64,000 nt of DNA from Chloroflexota bacterium. Its GTDB lineage: Bacteria > Chloroflexota > UBA11872 > VXOZ01. The position numbers and the translations under genes are program-made. This document shows positions 36,797 to 46,977 of this stretch, piece after piece. The notes under the pieces are model-generated. The model was given only the letters and a program-made list of their open reading frames with translations, did no database searches and had not been told where the DNA came from. The stretch is from NCBI GenBank assembly GCA_965221905.1, contig OZ244922.1, positions 2,496,001 to 2,560,000 on the forward strand. The letters run 5' to 3'. The stretch's first letter is position 1, and every line of letters starts with the position of its first letter.

Positions 36797-37474
36797 TCAA
36801 ATCGAGATGTGCGGGTAATTTCTATAGAGCAGATCGGTTTGCACACACACCCGGTAGAAGTAGCGGTCCGCTTGAGCGATAAAGTCGTCAGCGCGGATTC
36901 GCTGCTCAGCCAGCCACGCCTCATTGGGGTGGCAGCGCTGGTTGCAGAGCGCTTTGGCCGTGATCGTCTTGCGTTTTCCTGTAAAGAGATCCATTGCGTC
37001 CGCTACCGGTATTTCAACCAAAGCTGTCACCTCGGCCGGATTTGGCGTGAAAGCGGTGAGCGGCAGGTTGGTCCGATGCAGGAAGACATACAGCACCTCA
37101 TAGTCGCGCACACCGGGCTCGACATCGCTCGCAGCCTGGCGTACCCCTAGCGGCAAGAGATCGTCCATAGAGAGTTCGAGGCCGATCTCCTCTTGGGATT
37201 CCCGCAAGGCATCTTCCACCGACTCCCCGGCAGCCAGGTGACCTCCCACGGTCGCATCCAGTTTTCCCGGTGACGTGTCCTTCGCCTCCGACCGCCGCTG
37301 GAATATCATGTAAGGCGTGCCGTCTTCATACTGCCCCACGACCCAGCAGTGCAGCGCCCGATGCCAGTCACCGTCCCGATGCACGTCCGCGCGGCGCTTA
37401 CGCAGGCCCAGCGGACGCCCTAACGAATCGCAGACATCGAACAGTTCGTCCGGATCGGAAAACGAGTCTCTCAT
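36797..37474 (-). CDS. NUDIX hydrolase (Idi-like subgroup)
   Basis: VHRDGDWHR, QRRSEAKD and GGHLAAGESVEDALRESQEEIGL Nudix box. Confidence 0.85.
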   Translation of the reverse strand: MRDSFSDPDELFDVCDSLGRPLGLRKRRADVHRDGDWHRALHCWVVGQYEDGTPYMIFQRRSEAKDTSPGKLDATVGGHLAAGESVEDALRESQEEIGLELSMDDLLPLGVRQAASDVEPGVRDYEVLYVFLHRTNLPLTAFTPNPAEVTALVEIPVADAMDLFTGKRKTITAKALCNQRCHPNEAWLAEQRIRADDFIAQADRYFYRVCVQTDLLYRNYPHISI

Positions 37475-39909
37475 GAGAGTTCACTCTCCACCCGCCAGAA
37501 TTTGGCGACTCGCTTGGCAAGACCGACGTGCTGAGGTTCTTCTAACGTGGGATCGGTTTCAAAGAGCTTCTTTGCCTCGTTCCGAGCAAGTTCCAAAGTT
37601 GAAAGGTCTGAGAGCTGTGCAACTTTGAGCGCCGGGAGCCCTGCTTGGCGCGTGCCGAAGAATTCCCCCGGCCCGCGCAGCGCCAAGTCCTTTTCCGCAA
37701 GCGCAAAGCCGTCGCGTTCCTCCTCCAGAATGCGTAGCCGTTCGTTCTCCGCCGCCTGCGCAGAGTCCGAGAGGAGCAGGCAGTACGATTGGTGCTCGCC
37801 GCGTCCCACGCGGCCGCGAAACTGGTGAAGCTGAGCAAGACCGAACCGCTCGGCGCTCTCAATCATCATTACCGATGCATTCGGCACGTCAATGCCGACC
37901 TCCACTACCGGCGTGCTCACCAGAATGTCGGTTTCACCTGCCGCGAACGCCCGCATTACTTTCTCTTTCTGCCTGCTGGTCAGCCGTCCATGGAGCAAGT
38001 CCACTTTAAGTTGCGGGAACACCTCTTTCCGCAAGCGGTCGAACTCGCTCTTGGCGGCGCGTACCTCCAATGTCTCAGACTCTTCAATGAGGGGAAAGAT
38101 GATAAAGGCTTGGCGGCCCTGCGCAATCTGCTTGGCGACGAATTCGTATGCCGGAGTGCGTTTCTCTGCCGGCACCCAGCGGGTCCTAATCGGTAAGCGA
38201 CCCGAAGGCATCTCGCGTATCACGGATACGTCCAAGTCACCGTAGAGCGTTAGTGCCAGCGACCGCGGAATGGGCGTCGCCGTCATCACCAGCACATGGG
38301 GATTGCGTCCTTTGCGTCGCAGCACAGCTCGTTGCCGCACGCCGAACCGGTGCTGCTCGTCCACTACCGCCAGGCCCAGATCGGCAAATACCACGTCATC
38401 CTGGATTACGGCGTGCGTGCCCACCAAGAGGTGGAGGGTTCCCACTTCCAGGTCGGCCAAGATAGCCCGTCGCTCACTCTTTCGCGTGCTGCCCGTCAGC
38501 AAAGCGCTACGCACCGCGAATGGATCGAGAAATCTCTTGAACGTGCGGATATGCTGCTCTGCCAGCACCTCAGTCGGCGCCATGATGACTGTTTGCAGGC
38601 CGTGCTTGGCCATCTGCAACGCCACTGCCGCGGCAACAACAGTCTTGCCCGCACCCACGTCTCCCTGCAACAGCCGGTTCATCGCCACCGGTTTGCTCAC
38701 GTCGGCAAGAATCTCCGTTAGCGCCTGTTGTTGGTCGCGCGTTAGCGCAAAGGGGAGCGATTCGAGAAATGATTGCGTTGTCTCAGGGCTGACGTCAACC
38801 GGAATCCCGGGCTGATCGAGCTGCCACTCGCGGCGACGCAGCAGCGTGCCGAGCTGGATGAAGAAGAATTCGTCGAAAGCAAGGCGATGGACTGCGCGAT
38901 GGTGCTGCTCTTCACTGCTGGGAAAGTGCATCTGATTGAGCGCTTCTTGCACGCCCATCAGATTGTTGCGCTCCAGTATGTGCGTTGGCACCACATCCTT
39001 GACCGCGTGCAGCGCCATGTCAAGCGCAGATCGCACCCAACGACGCATCCATTTGGCGGAAAGTTTGGCAGTCAAGGGATAGACCGGCACCAAGCGTCCC
39101 ACGTGCAAACCTTGCTCGGGGCTTTCAGCAAACTCATACTCCGGCGAGCGCAACTCCAACCCATTACGGCTGATCTCCACATTGCCTGCCACCACAATGC
39201 GCCGCTTATCTGTTAGGCTGCGCTGCAAGTACGGTTGGTTGAACCAGACGGCCTTGATGTAGCCCGTTTTGTCCGCCAAGGCAGCTTCGGTGATTACCAT
39301 GCGGCCCTGGGTAACCCGCCGATTCTCCACCTGCATCACGTTGACCACAATCGTGGCCTCTTCACCGGGCTTGAGATCTGCAATAGTCTTGATGCGGCTG
39401 CGGTCGATGTGTCGGTGCGGGAAGTGCTGGATGAGATCGCCCAATGTTGAGAGGCCGAGCTTCTCCAGACGTTTGGCGTCTTCCGCCTTCAACATCGGCA
39501 CAATTGCAAGAGGTGAATCAAGATCGGCTTTGGGCCGTGAGGCGACTTGCTTACGGGGTCGCGGACTACTTACGGAGTCCTTTGCAGGGGATGTGCTCGG
39601 CTTTCGTGGTGGCGGATTGCCAGGCCCAGTAGAATTGGGCACTGTTTGGCCGTTGAGAATCTGCAGGGCGCTCTGTACGCGCGTTCTCCGGTCCGCCGGT
39701 TCGATCGAGTGATAGTTCTCAAGCACTTGCCTGATAGCGATGAGACTCTGAGACTGCTTGGCGGATTCCGGCCCGCTCTCTGCTTGCCAGTTTGCCAAGA
39801 ACTGCTCCAGGCCTCCAATCACCGTGCCATCGTCATACCCCCGGCGTACCTCTTGTTCAAGAATACGGTGCAGGATCTCGCTGCGGTCGCGCGGTTCGGG
39901 GCTGGGCAT
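37471..39909 (-). CDS. recG: ATP-dependent DNA helicase RecG with N-terminal extension
   Basis: LQGDVGAGKT, DEQHRFGV, MTATPIPRSL, QLHQFRGRVGRG and RGPGEFFGTRQAG. Confidence 0.97.
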   Translation of the reverse strand: MPSPEPRDRSEILHRILEQEVRRGYDDGTVIGGLEQFLANWQAESGPESAKQSQSLIAIRQVLENYHSIEPADRRTRVQSALQILNGQTVPNSTGPGNPPPRKPSTSPAKDSVSSPRPRKQVASRPKADLDSPLAIVPMLKAEDAKRLEKLGLSTLGDLIQHFPHRHIDRSRIKTIADLKPGEEATIVVNVMQVENRRVTQGRMVITEAALADKTGYIKAVWFNQPYLQRSLTDKRRIVVAGNVEISRNGLELRSPEYEFAESPEQGLHVGRLVPVYPLTAKLSAKWMRRWVRSALDMALHAVKDVVPTHILERNNLMGVQEALNQMHFPSSEEQHHRAVHRLAFDEFFFIQLGTLLRRREWQLDQPGIPVDVSPETTQSFLESLPFALTRDQQQALTEILADVSKPVAMNRLLQGDVGAGKTVVAAAVALQMAKHGLQTVIMAPTEVLAEQHIRTFKRFLDPFAVRSALLTGSTRKSERRAILADLEVGTLHLLVGTHAVIQDDVVFADLGLAVVDEQHRFGVRQRAVLRRKGRNPHVLVMTATPIPRSLALTLYGDLDVSVIREMPSGRLPIRTRWVPAEKRTPAYEFVAKQIAQGRQAFIIFPLIEESETLEVRAAKSEFDRLRKEVFPQLKVDLLHGRLTSRQKEKVMRAFAAGETDILVSTPVVEVGIDVPNASVMMIESAERFGLAQLHQFRGRVGRGEHQSYCLLLSDSAQAAENERLRILEEERDGFALAEKDLALRGPGEFFGTRQAGLPALKVAQLSDLSTLELARNEAKKLFETDPTLEEPQHVGLAKRVAKFWRVESELS

Positions 39910-39915
39910 GGCACC

Positions 39916-41613
39916 TCATTCAAGGGTAAGCAGGTATGGGTAGTGCGGCTGGCCGCCGTGGATGACCTCGACCTCAAGTGATCGATATTGCGCTTGAATC
40001 CGGTCGGCGAGCCCGCGTGCCTCGTCTTCAGTCACATCGGCGCCGTAGTAGAAAGTAAGTAGCTCAGAAGTTTGCGGCCCCATGCGCTCTATGGCGGCGA
40101 GCAACGCGGCAAAGAGATCGTCACTTGCAGCAGAAACCTGGTTTCCTGCGAGTGCAAGCCACTGTCCTTGGAGCACATTTACGCCATCCACCGTTGCATT
40201 GCGGGTGGCCAATGTCACAGCCCCGTACTGCGTGCTCTCTGCCGCGTCTCTCATCGCACTTTCGTTTTCATCGGGGCCAACGCCCTCTTGATACGCAAAT
40301 AGCACGGCGATGCCCTGCGCCATCGAATACGTTGGCAGCACGTGAACGACGCACTCCGCCAGGTCCCGTGTCTGCTCCGCCGACAGAATGACGTTCTTAT
40401 CGTTTGGAAGCACAAAGACGTGGCGCGCATTGGCAGCCGCAAGCGCCTCGTAAATTTCCTGGGTGCTGGGATTCATAGTCGGGCCGCCACTTACCACAGT
40501 TGCACCCATTTGCCGGTAAATCTCAGCGAGACCCTCGCCATCCGCCACGGCGACGACGCACTGTTCTCGGGTCTCAGTTGGCGCAGTTTCGATTGGCGGA
40601 GCAGGCAAATCCTCACCGATCCCGGGCAGGTCTCCGTCGGCTAGTGCGGACTGCATCCGTTCGTACTGGTCGTCCATGTTGAAGATCTCAATGCGGTGAA
40701 GATTGCCCGCACCGCGTGCGAGATCGAGTACACCTCCTGGATTCTCCGTGTGCAGATGAACCCGCACCAAGTCTTCGTCGCCGACTACGACAACGGACGT
40801 ACCTCGCTCGGCAACGGCTTGGCGAATATCCATGACGTCGAGTTCCGTGCCGCTCACCAAGAAACCTGTGCAGTATCCGTAGAGCGTTTCCGTAACCACC
40901 GCGATCTCAGGAAGTAATGCCCGTTCACCGGTCGGCAGTTCCACCTGCTCCACTGACTCGCCTGTCACGTAGCGCCGTGCGCCTTCCAAGAGCAGCCACA
41001 ACGCCTGACCGCCGGCATCCACCACCCCGGCATCGCGCAGCACGTCGAGCAGTTGGGGTGTGCGGGCTACAGACCGTTCCGCCGCAGCCACCGCAGTAGC
41101 AAGCACGTCCGACATTTCGGCATCCCGTGGAGACGCTTCGCAAGCGTACGATTCGCAAGCTTCGGCCGTGTCGCGCGCCACCGTCAGCATCGTGCCTTCC
41201 TGCGGCTCTTGCAAAGCGGCATAGGCGGAGTCGGACGCAGATCGCAGCGCCTGCACGATGTCGGATACCGCGATCTCAGCGGAGCCCTCGAGCACATCCG
41301 CAACTCCGCGCAAGCACTGCGAGAAGATCACGCCCGAATTGCCTCGCGCTCCCATCAACGCGCCGCGATAGACCGCTTGGGCGACCTCGCCTGCGTGCGT
41401 GCTTTGCGCTTGCCTGCCAGCCTGCAACGCGGCTTCCAAGGTGAGCAGCATGTTCGTACCGGTGTCGCCGTCCGGCACCGGGAAGACGTTAAGGCGGTTG
41501 ATCTCCTCCTTGTTGGCCGCAAGGAGATGGTAACCGTACTCCAAAGCCCCGATCAGGCTTTGCCCGTCACAGCCTGCCGTGGTTCCTTCTTGCACTTCCG
41601 GTCCGGCCTGCAT
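39916..41613 (-). CDS. fakA: DAK2-domain fatty acid kinase subunit A (YloV/FakA)
   Basis: LNVFPVPDGDTGTNM, GARGNSGVI, VVDAGG, TMNPST and GGQPHYPY; start is approximate. Confidence 0.9.
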   Translation of the reverse strand: MQAGPEVQEGTTAGCDGQSLIGALEYGYHLLAANKEEINRLNVFPVPDGDTGTNMLLTLEAALQAGRQAQSTHAGEVAQAVYRGALMGARGNSGVIFSQCLRGVADVLEGSAEIAVSDIVQALRSASDSAYAALQEPQEGTMLTVARDTAEACESYACEASPRDAEMSDVLATAVAAAERSVARTPQLLDVLRDAGVVDAGGQALWLLLEGARRYVTGESVEQVELPTGERALLPEIAVVTETLYGYCTGFLVSGTELDVMDIRQAVAERGTSVVVVGDEDLVRVHLHTENPGGVLDLARGAGNLHRIEIFNMDDQYERMQSALADGDLPGIGEDLPAPPIETAPTETREQCVVAVADGEGLAEIYRQMGATVVSGGPTMNPSTQEIYEALAAANARHVFVLPNDKNVILSAEQTRDLAECVVHVLPTYSMAQGIAVLFAYQEGVGPDENESAMRDAAESTQYGAVTLATRNATVDGVNVLQGQWLALAGNQVSAASDDLFAALLAAIERMGPQTSELLTFYYGADVTEDEARGLADRIQAQYRSLEVEVIHGGQPHYPYLLTLE

Positions 41614-41909
41614 ATTATCCACAGGAATTACATACCTTGCTTTGCACCGCAGAGCCAATCGGCTCCGTCTCGATGATTTGGGGTTTCCTGCTGCCGATCC
41701 CCGCCTGCTTCCTGCTCACGTTTGAGACAACTCACTTGTGCGACTGAAGCAAAACATCAGGAAGTCCGGCGTCACCCACCAGCCGGCAGGATTGAGCACA
41801 TTGCCTACTCTATGCTAACATTGACCCTTGGTGACAAGCTCATCATAGCGATAGATTGAACACAGGGTCAACATTGGCACTCGTGACCCGCTTAATTGAG
41901 GACTAGCTC

Positions 41910-42122
41910 ATGGCTATTTGTGATGTGTGTGGCAAAGGCGCGCAAGTGGGCCACAATATTCAGCATCAGGCTTCCGGCAAGTGGCGCTATCGTGCGCCGA
42001 AGACGCGCAAAGTGTGGAAAGCGAACGTGCAGAAAGTGCGTCTGCTTATTGAAGGCCAGCTAAAGAGAGTAAATATCTGCACCCGCTGCCTCCGCACCCA
42101 GGCGAAGTCAACTGCGGTCTAG
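41910..42122 (+). CDS. rpmB: 50S ribosomal protein L28
   Basis: CDVCGK...WKANVQ...CTRCLR; divergent from DAK2; GAGG RBS. Confidence 0.95.
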   Translation: MAICDVCGKGAQVGHNIQHQASGKWRYRAPKTRKVWKANVQKVRLLIEGQLKRVNICTRCLRTQAKSTAV

Positions 42123-42164
42123 TCTCGATCAAGCGCAGATGTCCTTTTGCACCTAGAAGCGAAT

Positions 42165-42200
42165 GAGGAGAAGGTCAGTACGACCCTCTCCTCGTCTGTT
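42165..42200 (+). terminator. Probable terminator after rpmB
   Basis: GAGGAGAAGGTC / GACCCTCTCCTC stem. Confidence 0.55.
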
Positions 42201-42372
42201 GCTGTAGTATTATTGCAAACATCGGCGGGAAACACTCCAAGCACTCTCCACACCCATGGAAGTGCTGACGAGGATTTCCATCTCGTGCTCACCGGCAAAC
42301 ACCCCAAGACGCCGGTTGCCATTCCCACGCACCCTCGTTAACTTACAGGCTGTGTAGAATTTGGCTCGCGAG

Positions 42373-43563
42373 CTACCTGACTCTGCCCTCTACAAAGTTG
42401 CCTACGATATCGTCATATACTTCATCAGGCGGTTGAAAGAAATCAAAGAGCAAAAATAGAGGTTCGGCCAGTTCCCTTACTCTGTCAACTAACGTGGACC
42501 TAATTTCGGACAAGGGCACGCTGATAGCACTTTCAGCATCATCCTCTCTCGTAGAATACCTGCCTAGCAACCCCGAGTCTCTTGCAGGGTTGGCCGCACG
42601 CATCACTCTATCCTTCAAGCCTCCGTGGGAAATCCCAATATTCACCTCAACACTTCCTGTGACACCTAATTCCTCGTATAGCTGGGCACAGTAGAGAAGG
42701 GCCTCAGTGATTCTAATGATCCGCGTGTCGGCAAAAATGCTTCCAGGTTTTCTTGAATCCTCAAATAGGCTCTTGAGAAGATAGAAATCACCGTTCTTTC
42801 TCAGGTACCAATAGTCGTATGTTAGGTAGTTGTAATTGCCTTCATTATTGACAACTGCCCGAGTAGCGATGCCATCTTTTCTTGGTTGAGGCTTCCACTC
42901 ACTCTTCGTAAGCACAATTCCGATTGGCCAGCCAAAAGTAGGCACCTGAGATGAATTTGCAGCTTCAAGTAGCACCTTATGGGGGAAGTCTGGTTTTGGC
43001 CCAGACAGAGCAAAGCGAATTTCCATGAATCCTGATAGGCCAGTTGACTCCAAACCATCTTTTGCCTGTCTGCGTTGCTGCGAGAGCCAGTCTATGTCCC
43101 AGGGAAATGGAGGAGTCGGAACAGACGAGGGTGAAGTCGCTTGGCGTTGGCGAATTTTTGCTTCGAGCTGAGAGCGATAGCCGGATAAGTCTCCGGGATC
43201 CCAGAAGAGGATGTCATAGCCCGATAAGTCGAAGTGTATCTTTGGCCCGCCCTGCTGATAGTTTGGACTATCAGGGTTATGGTCCTCACGAGCCGTAAGT
43301 ACCAGGGCATGATATTTGTCCACGCCCATTGCATAGCCAATTTCAAGATAGCAATTGGGCCGTTCATTGGTCAGGTCTGCGACGATGATCTCTGCGTTCT
43401 CAATGAACGAAACAATCTCGCTCTTGAGCAAACCTCCCTGATTGTGCCTGTCTACGCGCTTTGGATCCAAACCCCGAGCCTTCAATGCAGGCACAATAAC
43501 CTGCTCGCAAACTCTATCCAATTCAGGATTCCCAATCTGCATGATGATAAAGGCTTGGCTTAC
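42373..43563 (-). CDS. Nucleoside 2-deoxyribosyltransferase/TIR-like N-terminal domain protein; expected start codon reads GTA
   Basis: (V)SQAFIIMQIG...RVD...IIVADLTNERPNCYLEIGYA...IHFDLSGY. GGAGG lies 6 nt before GTA at 43563; the first in-frame ATG is 43542. AT-richer than flanks. Confidence 0.7.
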   Translation of the reverse strand, partial: VSQAFIIMQIGNPELDRVCEQVIVPALKARGLDPKRVDRHNQGGLLKSEIVSFIENAEIIVADLTNERPNCYLEIGYAMGVDKYHALVLTAREDHNPDSPNYQQGGPKIHFDLSGYDILFWDPGDLSGYRSQLEAKIRQRQATSPSSVPTPPFPWDIDWLSQQRRQAKDGLESTGLSGFMEIRFALSGPKPDFPHKVLLEAANSSQVPTFGWPIGIVLTKSEWKPQPRKDGIATRAVVNNEGNYNYLTYDYWYLRKNGDFYLLKSLFEDSRKPGSIFADTRIIRITEALLYCAQLYEELGVTGSVEVNIGISHGGLKDRVMRAANPARDSGLLGRYSTREDDAESAISVPLSEIRSTLVDRVRELAEPLFLLFDFFQPPDEVYDDIVGNFVEGRVR

Positions 43564-43593
43564 GGTAACCCTCCACTAGTGTTTCAGTTGGAA

Positions 43594-43893
43594 CTAGGGA
43601 AACACCTGCGACAGCGTAAAGAGCACGCCAACAGCAGCAGTGACTATCAAACCTAATTTGATGGTCATTCCTTGCTCAAGAATCTTGAGTTCTTTCTTTA
43701 GATCATCCTTGGTGACGAACTGCTGAAGGTCATCCCTTGTCGCAAGTCGTTGTAAGTCATTCTTTGTTGCGAATTTCTGCGCATTGTCACTGACAACACC
43801 CTCGACAAGCAACGCCAGCCTGGCAGCTTGCTTAGGGTTGAAGTCTCCATCTGCAAGGAACTCTCGCAGTGCATCGGATTCATGAACGGCCAA
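43594..43893 (-). CDS. DUF1640/CCDC90-like coiled-coil membrane protein with three 9-aa repeats
   Basis: GDFNPKQAARL head, FATKNDLQR-LATRDDLQQ-FVTKDDLKK and C-terminal TM helix; TTG start after GGAG. Confidence 0.7.
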   Translation of the reverse strand: MAVHESDALREFLADGDFNPKQAARLALLVEGVVSDNAQKFATKNDLQRLATRDDLQQFVTKDDLKKELKILEQGMTIKLGLIVTAAVGVLFTLSQVFP

Positions 43894-44007
43894 TGGTGTC
43901 TCCCCAAATCTCTTTGCGTGCCTCAATTGTCGCCAAGACACCAGCAGTTGCTTCAATCACAGTATAACAATTCAGGGTGGGAGCTTCCATCAATTTAGCT
44001 GATACTC

Positions 44008-44478
44008 TCAAACTGATGCGTTGTCCTCAGTGCATTTCGCCACATCACGTTCGTAGATCGTGCCGAGCACGCCGTTTATGAAGCGAGGCGAATTATCGGA
44101 GGCGTAGATCTTGGCCAGTTCCACCGCTTCGTTAATGACGACTTTCGGTGGAATCTCGGGGAGGAAGAGCAATTCGTAGAGGGCGAGACGCATGATGGCC
44201 TTATCGACACTTGCCATCTGGCCCATAGGCCACATTGACGCGGCATGCCGAATCTTTTCGTCGATCAAGGCCAGGTGGGTGCAAACACCGTTCACGATCT
44301 CATGCAAGAGATCGTGGGCATCAGCCTTGATCTCGGCCATACGGGCGACTTGGTCCAGCACGACTTCCAGTGAACCATCGGACATGTCAAGCGCAAAGAG
44401 CGCCTGCACAGCAGCGACGCGCGCGTAGCGGCGAGGGTGAATGCGTTTTGCAGACGCCTTGGCAACACTGGGCGTCAT
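44008..44478 (-). CDS. nusB: Transcription antitermination factor NusB
   Basis: RRYARVAAVQALF, VDKAIMRLA, INEAVELAKIY and FINGVLG. Confidence 0.96.
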   Translation of the reverse strand: MTPSVAKASAKRIHPRRYARVAAVQALFALDMSDGSLEVVLDQVARMAEIKADAHDLLHEIVNGVCTHLALIDEKIRHAASMWPMGQMASVDKAIMRLALYELLFLPEIPPKVVINEAVELAKIYASDNSPRFINGVLGTIYERDVAKCTEDNASV

Positions 44479-44600
44479 TCGTCATACCTCATTCTTGCAC
44501 CGCTCAGCCATCACCCACCAGAGCGTGAGGTCGAAGCGGCCGCACCTCAGTCGCTTGCTCTTAAAGTGCCGGCCGACTTAAGAAGTCCTCTACGCAACGA

Positions 44601-45935
44601 TCAGACGATATTGAGCAAGTTCGCGTCAAAGCTGCCTTCCCGGAAGCTCTGCGTCCGAAGGATTTTCCGGTGAAAGTCGAGGTTCGTCTCTACCCCGTCG
44701 ATCACACACTCATCCAGAGCCCGCAGCATGCGCTCAATGGCCCCAGAGCGGCCCGGAGCCCAAGCGATGACTTTGGCAATCAGGGAGTCATAGTGGGGTG
44801 GGATTTCGTATCCGCTATAGAGGTGGGAATCCACGCGAATGCCCGGGCCGCCCGGCGCGAGGAAATTCGTTACCTCGCCGCTCTCCGGTCTAAAGTCATG
44901 CTCAGGGTCTTCAGCGGTTATGCGGCATTCAATCGCGTGGCCGCGGAATGCCACATCACTCTGATTGAAAGCAAGCGACTCGCCCGCTGCAATCCGAATC
45001 TGCTCTTGCACTATATCAATGCCTGTCGTGTCCTCCGAAACAGTGTGCTCCACCTGCAGTCGGCAGTTAATCTCCATGAAGTAATAGTTCAGCGCAGAAT
45101 CCACCAAGAATTCTACGGTGCCTGCGGACGTATACCCAATTGCATTGACGCCTTGCAGGGCAGCCGCGCCGATAGACTCCCGGGCCGCGGGATCAAGCAC
45201 CGGCGACGGTGATTCCTCGATGAGTTTTTGGTAGCGGCGCTGTATAGTGCAATCGCGTTCGCCGAGTTGAATCGCATTGCCTTCGCGGTCACGGAGGATT
45301 TGAACCTCGATATGACGCGCCGGCGAGATGTACTTTTCCACGTACAGCCGCGGATTGCCAAAGGACGCCTGCGCTTCCGCCTGGGCCACCGAAAATGCGA
45401 CCACCATCTCTTCCTCATCGCCTACAAATCGAATGCCGCGTCCTCCCCCACCGCCCGCGGCTTTCAAGACCACTGGGTATTCGATCGAATCAGCCACTTC
45501 CAAGGCATCCGCCACATTCCTAACCGGGGAATCCTTTCCCGGTATTACAGGCAAACCCGCCTTGCGCATCTCAGCTTTTGCGTTGGTCTTGTCTCCCATG
45601 GCATGAATCACGTCCGAGCTGGGACCGACAAAGGTGATGCCGTACTTTTCACAAATTTCGGCAAAGTAGGTATCTTCGGACAGGAATCCAATCCCGGGGT
45701 GAATCGCCTCCGCACCTGTAATGTAGGCCGCGCTGATGATATTCGGCACGTTAAGATAGGACTTGCTCGCGGGAGCGGGACCGATGCAGACTGCTTCATC
45801 GGCCATGTGCACGGGCAATGAATCTCGGTCCGCCTCGGAATAAGCGACAACCGTAGCAATTCCCAATTCGCGACAGGCCCGAATGATTCGCAGCGCTGTA
45901 TCGCCGCGATTGGCAATCAGGATTTTTTGAAACAC
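44601..45935 (-). CDS. accC: Acetyl-CoA carboxylase biotin carboxylase subunit
   Basis: KILIANRG, GGGGRGIR, ERDCTIQRRYQKL, RLQVEH and PPHYDSLIAK. Confidence 0.93.
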   Translation of the reverse strand: MFQKILIANRGDTALRIIRACRELGIATVVAYSEADRDSLPVHMADEAVCIGPAPASKSYLNVPNIISAAYITGAEAIHPGIGFLSEDTYFAEICEKYGITFVGPSSDVIHAMGDKTNAKAEMRKAGLPVIPGKDSPVRNVADALEVADSIEYPVVLKAAGGGGGRGIRFVGDEEEMVVAFSVAQAEAQASFGNPRLYVEKYISPARHIEVQILRDREGNAIQLGERDCTIQRRYQKLIEESPSPVLDPAARESIGAAALQGVNAIGYTSAGTVEFLVDSALNYYFMEINCRLQVEHTVSEDTTGIDIVQEQIRIAAGESLAFNQSDVAFRGHAIECRITAEDPEHDFRPESGEVTNFLAPGGPGIRVDSHLYSGYEIPPHYDSLIAKVIAWAPGRSGAIERMLRALDECVIDGVETNLDFHRKILRTQSFREGSFDANLLNIV

Positions 45936-46079
45936 CGCATTCTACCTAGATCTGACAAGGCGTTCGTCACGCAGCGAGTCCTGCGCGCCGGCTGACTACC
46001 GGGAGAAGGAGAACAGTTGGAATATATCGCAAATACTCTATTGAAACTGCCAGGGCAGCTTCCGCGTATGATGCTCCCA

Positions 46080-46820
46080 CTAGTACATCATAATGCCGCC
46101 GTCGACAATAAGGATCTGACCGGTAATGTACGATGCATCCTCGGATGCCAGGAACGCCACCGCAGCGGCAAGCTCTTTGGGTTCGCCGTAGCGTCCAAGG
46201 GGAATGATCTTGAGAATAGTCTCGACCATATCCGGTGGAATAGAGTCCGCCATTGGACCGCCGAAGTATCCCGGTGCAACGCAATTAGCGGTCACGTTTC
46301 GCGTTGCCACCTCGCGTGCGAGCGAGCGGGTAAAGCCCCACAGCCCTGCTTTGGAGGCGGAGTAGTTCGCCTGACCCGGGGCACCCAAGAACCCGGCGAT
46401 AGAAGAGACATTGATGATGCGCCCATAGCGGGCGCGCAACATGCTGCGCACAACTGCCTTGCTGCAGAGGAACGCCGACTTTAGGTTTGTATCCATCACG
46501 GCATCCCAGTCTGCCTCAGACATACGCACGAATAGCGTGTCTCGCGTGATGCCGGCGTTGTTGACGAGGATGTCGATCTTCTCGTGCTCTTTGTGGATAG
46601 ATTGCACCATTTCTTCGATTTCGGCGGGATTGGTCACGTCGGCCCGGATTGCGCTGGCGCTGCCACCTTGTGCACTAATGTCCGCAACCACGCGCTCGGC
46701 CGCCTCGGCACCGCTGTGATAGTGCACAACGACGTGGGCTCCCTGGCTACCCAGTCGGGCGCAAATGGCCGCACCCAAGTATCCCGACCCGCCGGTAACG
46801 AGCGCAACCTGCCCTTTCAT
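46080..46820 (-). CDS. fabG: 3-oxoacyl-ACP reductase
   Basis: TGGSGYLG, NNAGITRD and GQANYSASKAG. Confidence 0.92.
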   Translation of the reverse strand: MKGQVALVTGGSGYLGAAICARLGSQGAHVVVHYHSGAEAAERVVADISAQGGSASAIRADVTNPAEIEEMVQSIHKEHEKIDILVNNAGITRDTLFVRMSEADWDAVMDTNLKSAFLCSKAVVRSMLRARYGRIINVSSIAGFLGAPGQANYSASKAGLWGFTRSLAREVATRNVTANCVAPGYFGGPMADSIPPDMVETILKIIPLGRYGEPKELAAAVAFLASEDASYITGQILIVDGGIMMY

Positions 46821-46977
46821 AGTTCATCCTTCACGAAGGTACACTGCCGTTCGCCAGCTCATCTTGAGACGACCGCCTCACACAAGCTCTAGCATACAAC
46901 GCTAATTGTTTATAGAACATGAGAGCCATCCACCGGCGAAAGATGATCTCAGAGACGGCGGCATAGCTCCCACGAGC

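Noticed and set aside
42345-42360. CAGGCTGTGTAGAA as a possible IS terminal repeat bounding the 42.4-43.9 kb insert
   Set aside because: No inverted copy seen on the other side of the insert.
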